In this document: one piece after another, positions 31,617-32,000 of the stretch | Numbering within the stretch: position 1 is the first letter of the stretch | How the letters are laid out: each line of letters begins with the position of its first letter | Source: Mycolicibacterium smegmatis | Lineage (GTDB): Bacteria; Actinomycetota; Actinomycetes; Mycobacteriales; Mycobacteriaceae | Direction: 5' to 3' | Length of the DNA stretch: 32,000 nucleotides | NCBI RefSeq assembly: GCF_001457595.1 | Contig: NZ_LN831039.1 | Location: 4,170,001-4,202,000, forward strand | The notes under the pieces: generated by a model | The model's input: the letters and a program-made list of their open reading frames with translations, nothing else | Told to the model about the DNA's origin: nothing | Databases searched by the model: none | Translations under genes and position numbers: made by a program

Positions 31617-32000
31617 TTATCTGAGTGCCTCCTCGGCATGAGGGTGCCGTTGGCGGTGGTAGTAGAGCGCTTCGGCCCGATCGGGGGTCAGGTCCTGGCA
31701 GTAGCCGTTGGGTCGCTGACGGTTGTAGAAGGCCACCCATTCGGCGGTCCCCAGCGCCAGTTCGGTGGCACCGGGATAGAGCGGCTGGCGGTCGATGAGT
31801 TCGGTCTTGTAGCTGCTGTTCACCGATTCGGCCAGAGCATTATCGAAACTATCCCCGACGGATCCGACTGAAGGCAGGATCCCCTCAGCGGCCAGACGTT
31901 CGGTGAACGCGACCGCGGTGTATTGCGAGCCCGCGTCGCTGTGGTGGATAAGTGAATCCAAAGATGCTGCACCCGAACGCTTTCTGGTGTCGATAGCGTG
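31617..32000 (-). CDS. IS3-family transposase (OrfB, integrase/rve core), C-terminal part
   Basis: LIHHSDAGSQYTAVAFTERLAAEGILPSVGSVGDSFDNALAESVNSSYKTELI (DDE third-residue region). The frame is open to base 32000, so the track's ATG at 31961 is internal. Confidence 0.9.
   Translation of the reverse strand, partial: HAIDTRKRSGAASLDSLIHHSDAGSQYTAVAFTERLAAEGILPSVGSVGDSFDNALAESVNSSYKTELIDRQPLYPGATELALGTAEWVAFYNRQRPNGYCQDLTPDRAEALYYHRQRHPHAEEALR

Larger units (their letters stand above)
31587..32000 (-). mobile_element. IS3-family (IS6110-like) insertion sequence, right end only; continues past the window
   Basis: IR plus the transposase OrfB 3' end. Confidence 0.85.

Noticed and set aside
1-32000. 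Search for tRNA, rRNA, CRISPR arrays, long tandem repeats, toxin-antitoxin pairs or defence-system hallmarks
   Set aside because: Reading both strands, I found no cloverleaf-like T-arm/anticodon arrangement, no periodic repeat-spacer pattern, and no nuclease/helicase/methylase-type ORFs. The window is metabolic and regulatory.

Overview
High-GC actinobacterial segment (Mycobacterium/Mycolicibacterium/Rhodococcus-like; GC judged by eye, not computed). It is densely coding and I saw no rRNA, tRNA or CRISPR. The left part (1-14.6 kb) holds a partial acyl-CoA ligase + enoyl-CoA hydratase operon with a divergent TetR. After that comes a regulator-dense set of small redox/electrophile-type units: an Lpd-like flavoprotein disulfide reductase, a tandem-duplicated single-chain TetR, LysR, two zinc-ADH/quinone-oxidoreductase genes, a CGNR zinc-finger regulator divergent from a DUF417 membrane protein, another TetR, an NmrA-like protein and two small signal-peptide ORFs. 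The right part (14.7-31.3 kb) reads as a composite aromatic/organic-acid catabolic cluster made of four units. (i) A minus-strand SnoaL-like -> AMP-forming ligase -> short citrate-synthase-fold (citryl-CoA-lyase-type) operon. (ii) A plus-strand aldehyde dehydrogenase -> aryl-alcohol-type Zn-ADH -> RutE-like nitroreductase unit. (iii) Intradiol (hydroxyquinol/catechol-type) dioxygenase -> GntR(FCD) -> amidohydrolase-2 (decarboxylase-type). (iv) A minus-strand MFS -> cyclase-family -> MBL-fold -> family III CoA-transferase -> muconolactone-isomerase-fold -> GAF-PucR regulator operon. The window ends in the terminal inverted repeat and transposase 3' end of an IS3-family (IS6110-like) element that appears to have truncated a neighbouring ORF. 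The points most worth follow-up are these: the ligase + truncated citrate-synthase module; the unusual lower-pathway operon (orphan muconolactone-isomerase fold coupled to a CoA-transferase, and a cyclase with a substituted metal motif); the fused double TetR; and two recurring AT-rich palindromes (TTCGTATACGAT in two catabolic promoters; CTAATGG-N15/16-CCrTTAG in three intergenic sites). All functional calls come from my own reading of motifs in the translated ORFs. No database search was run.
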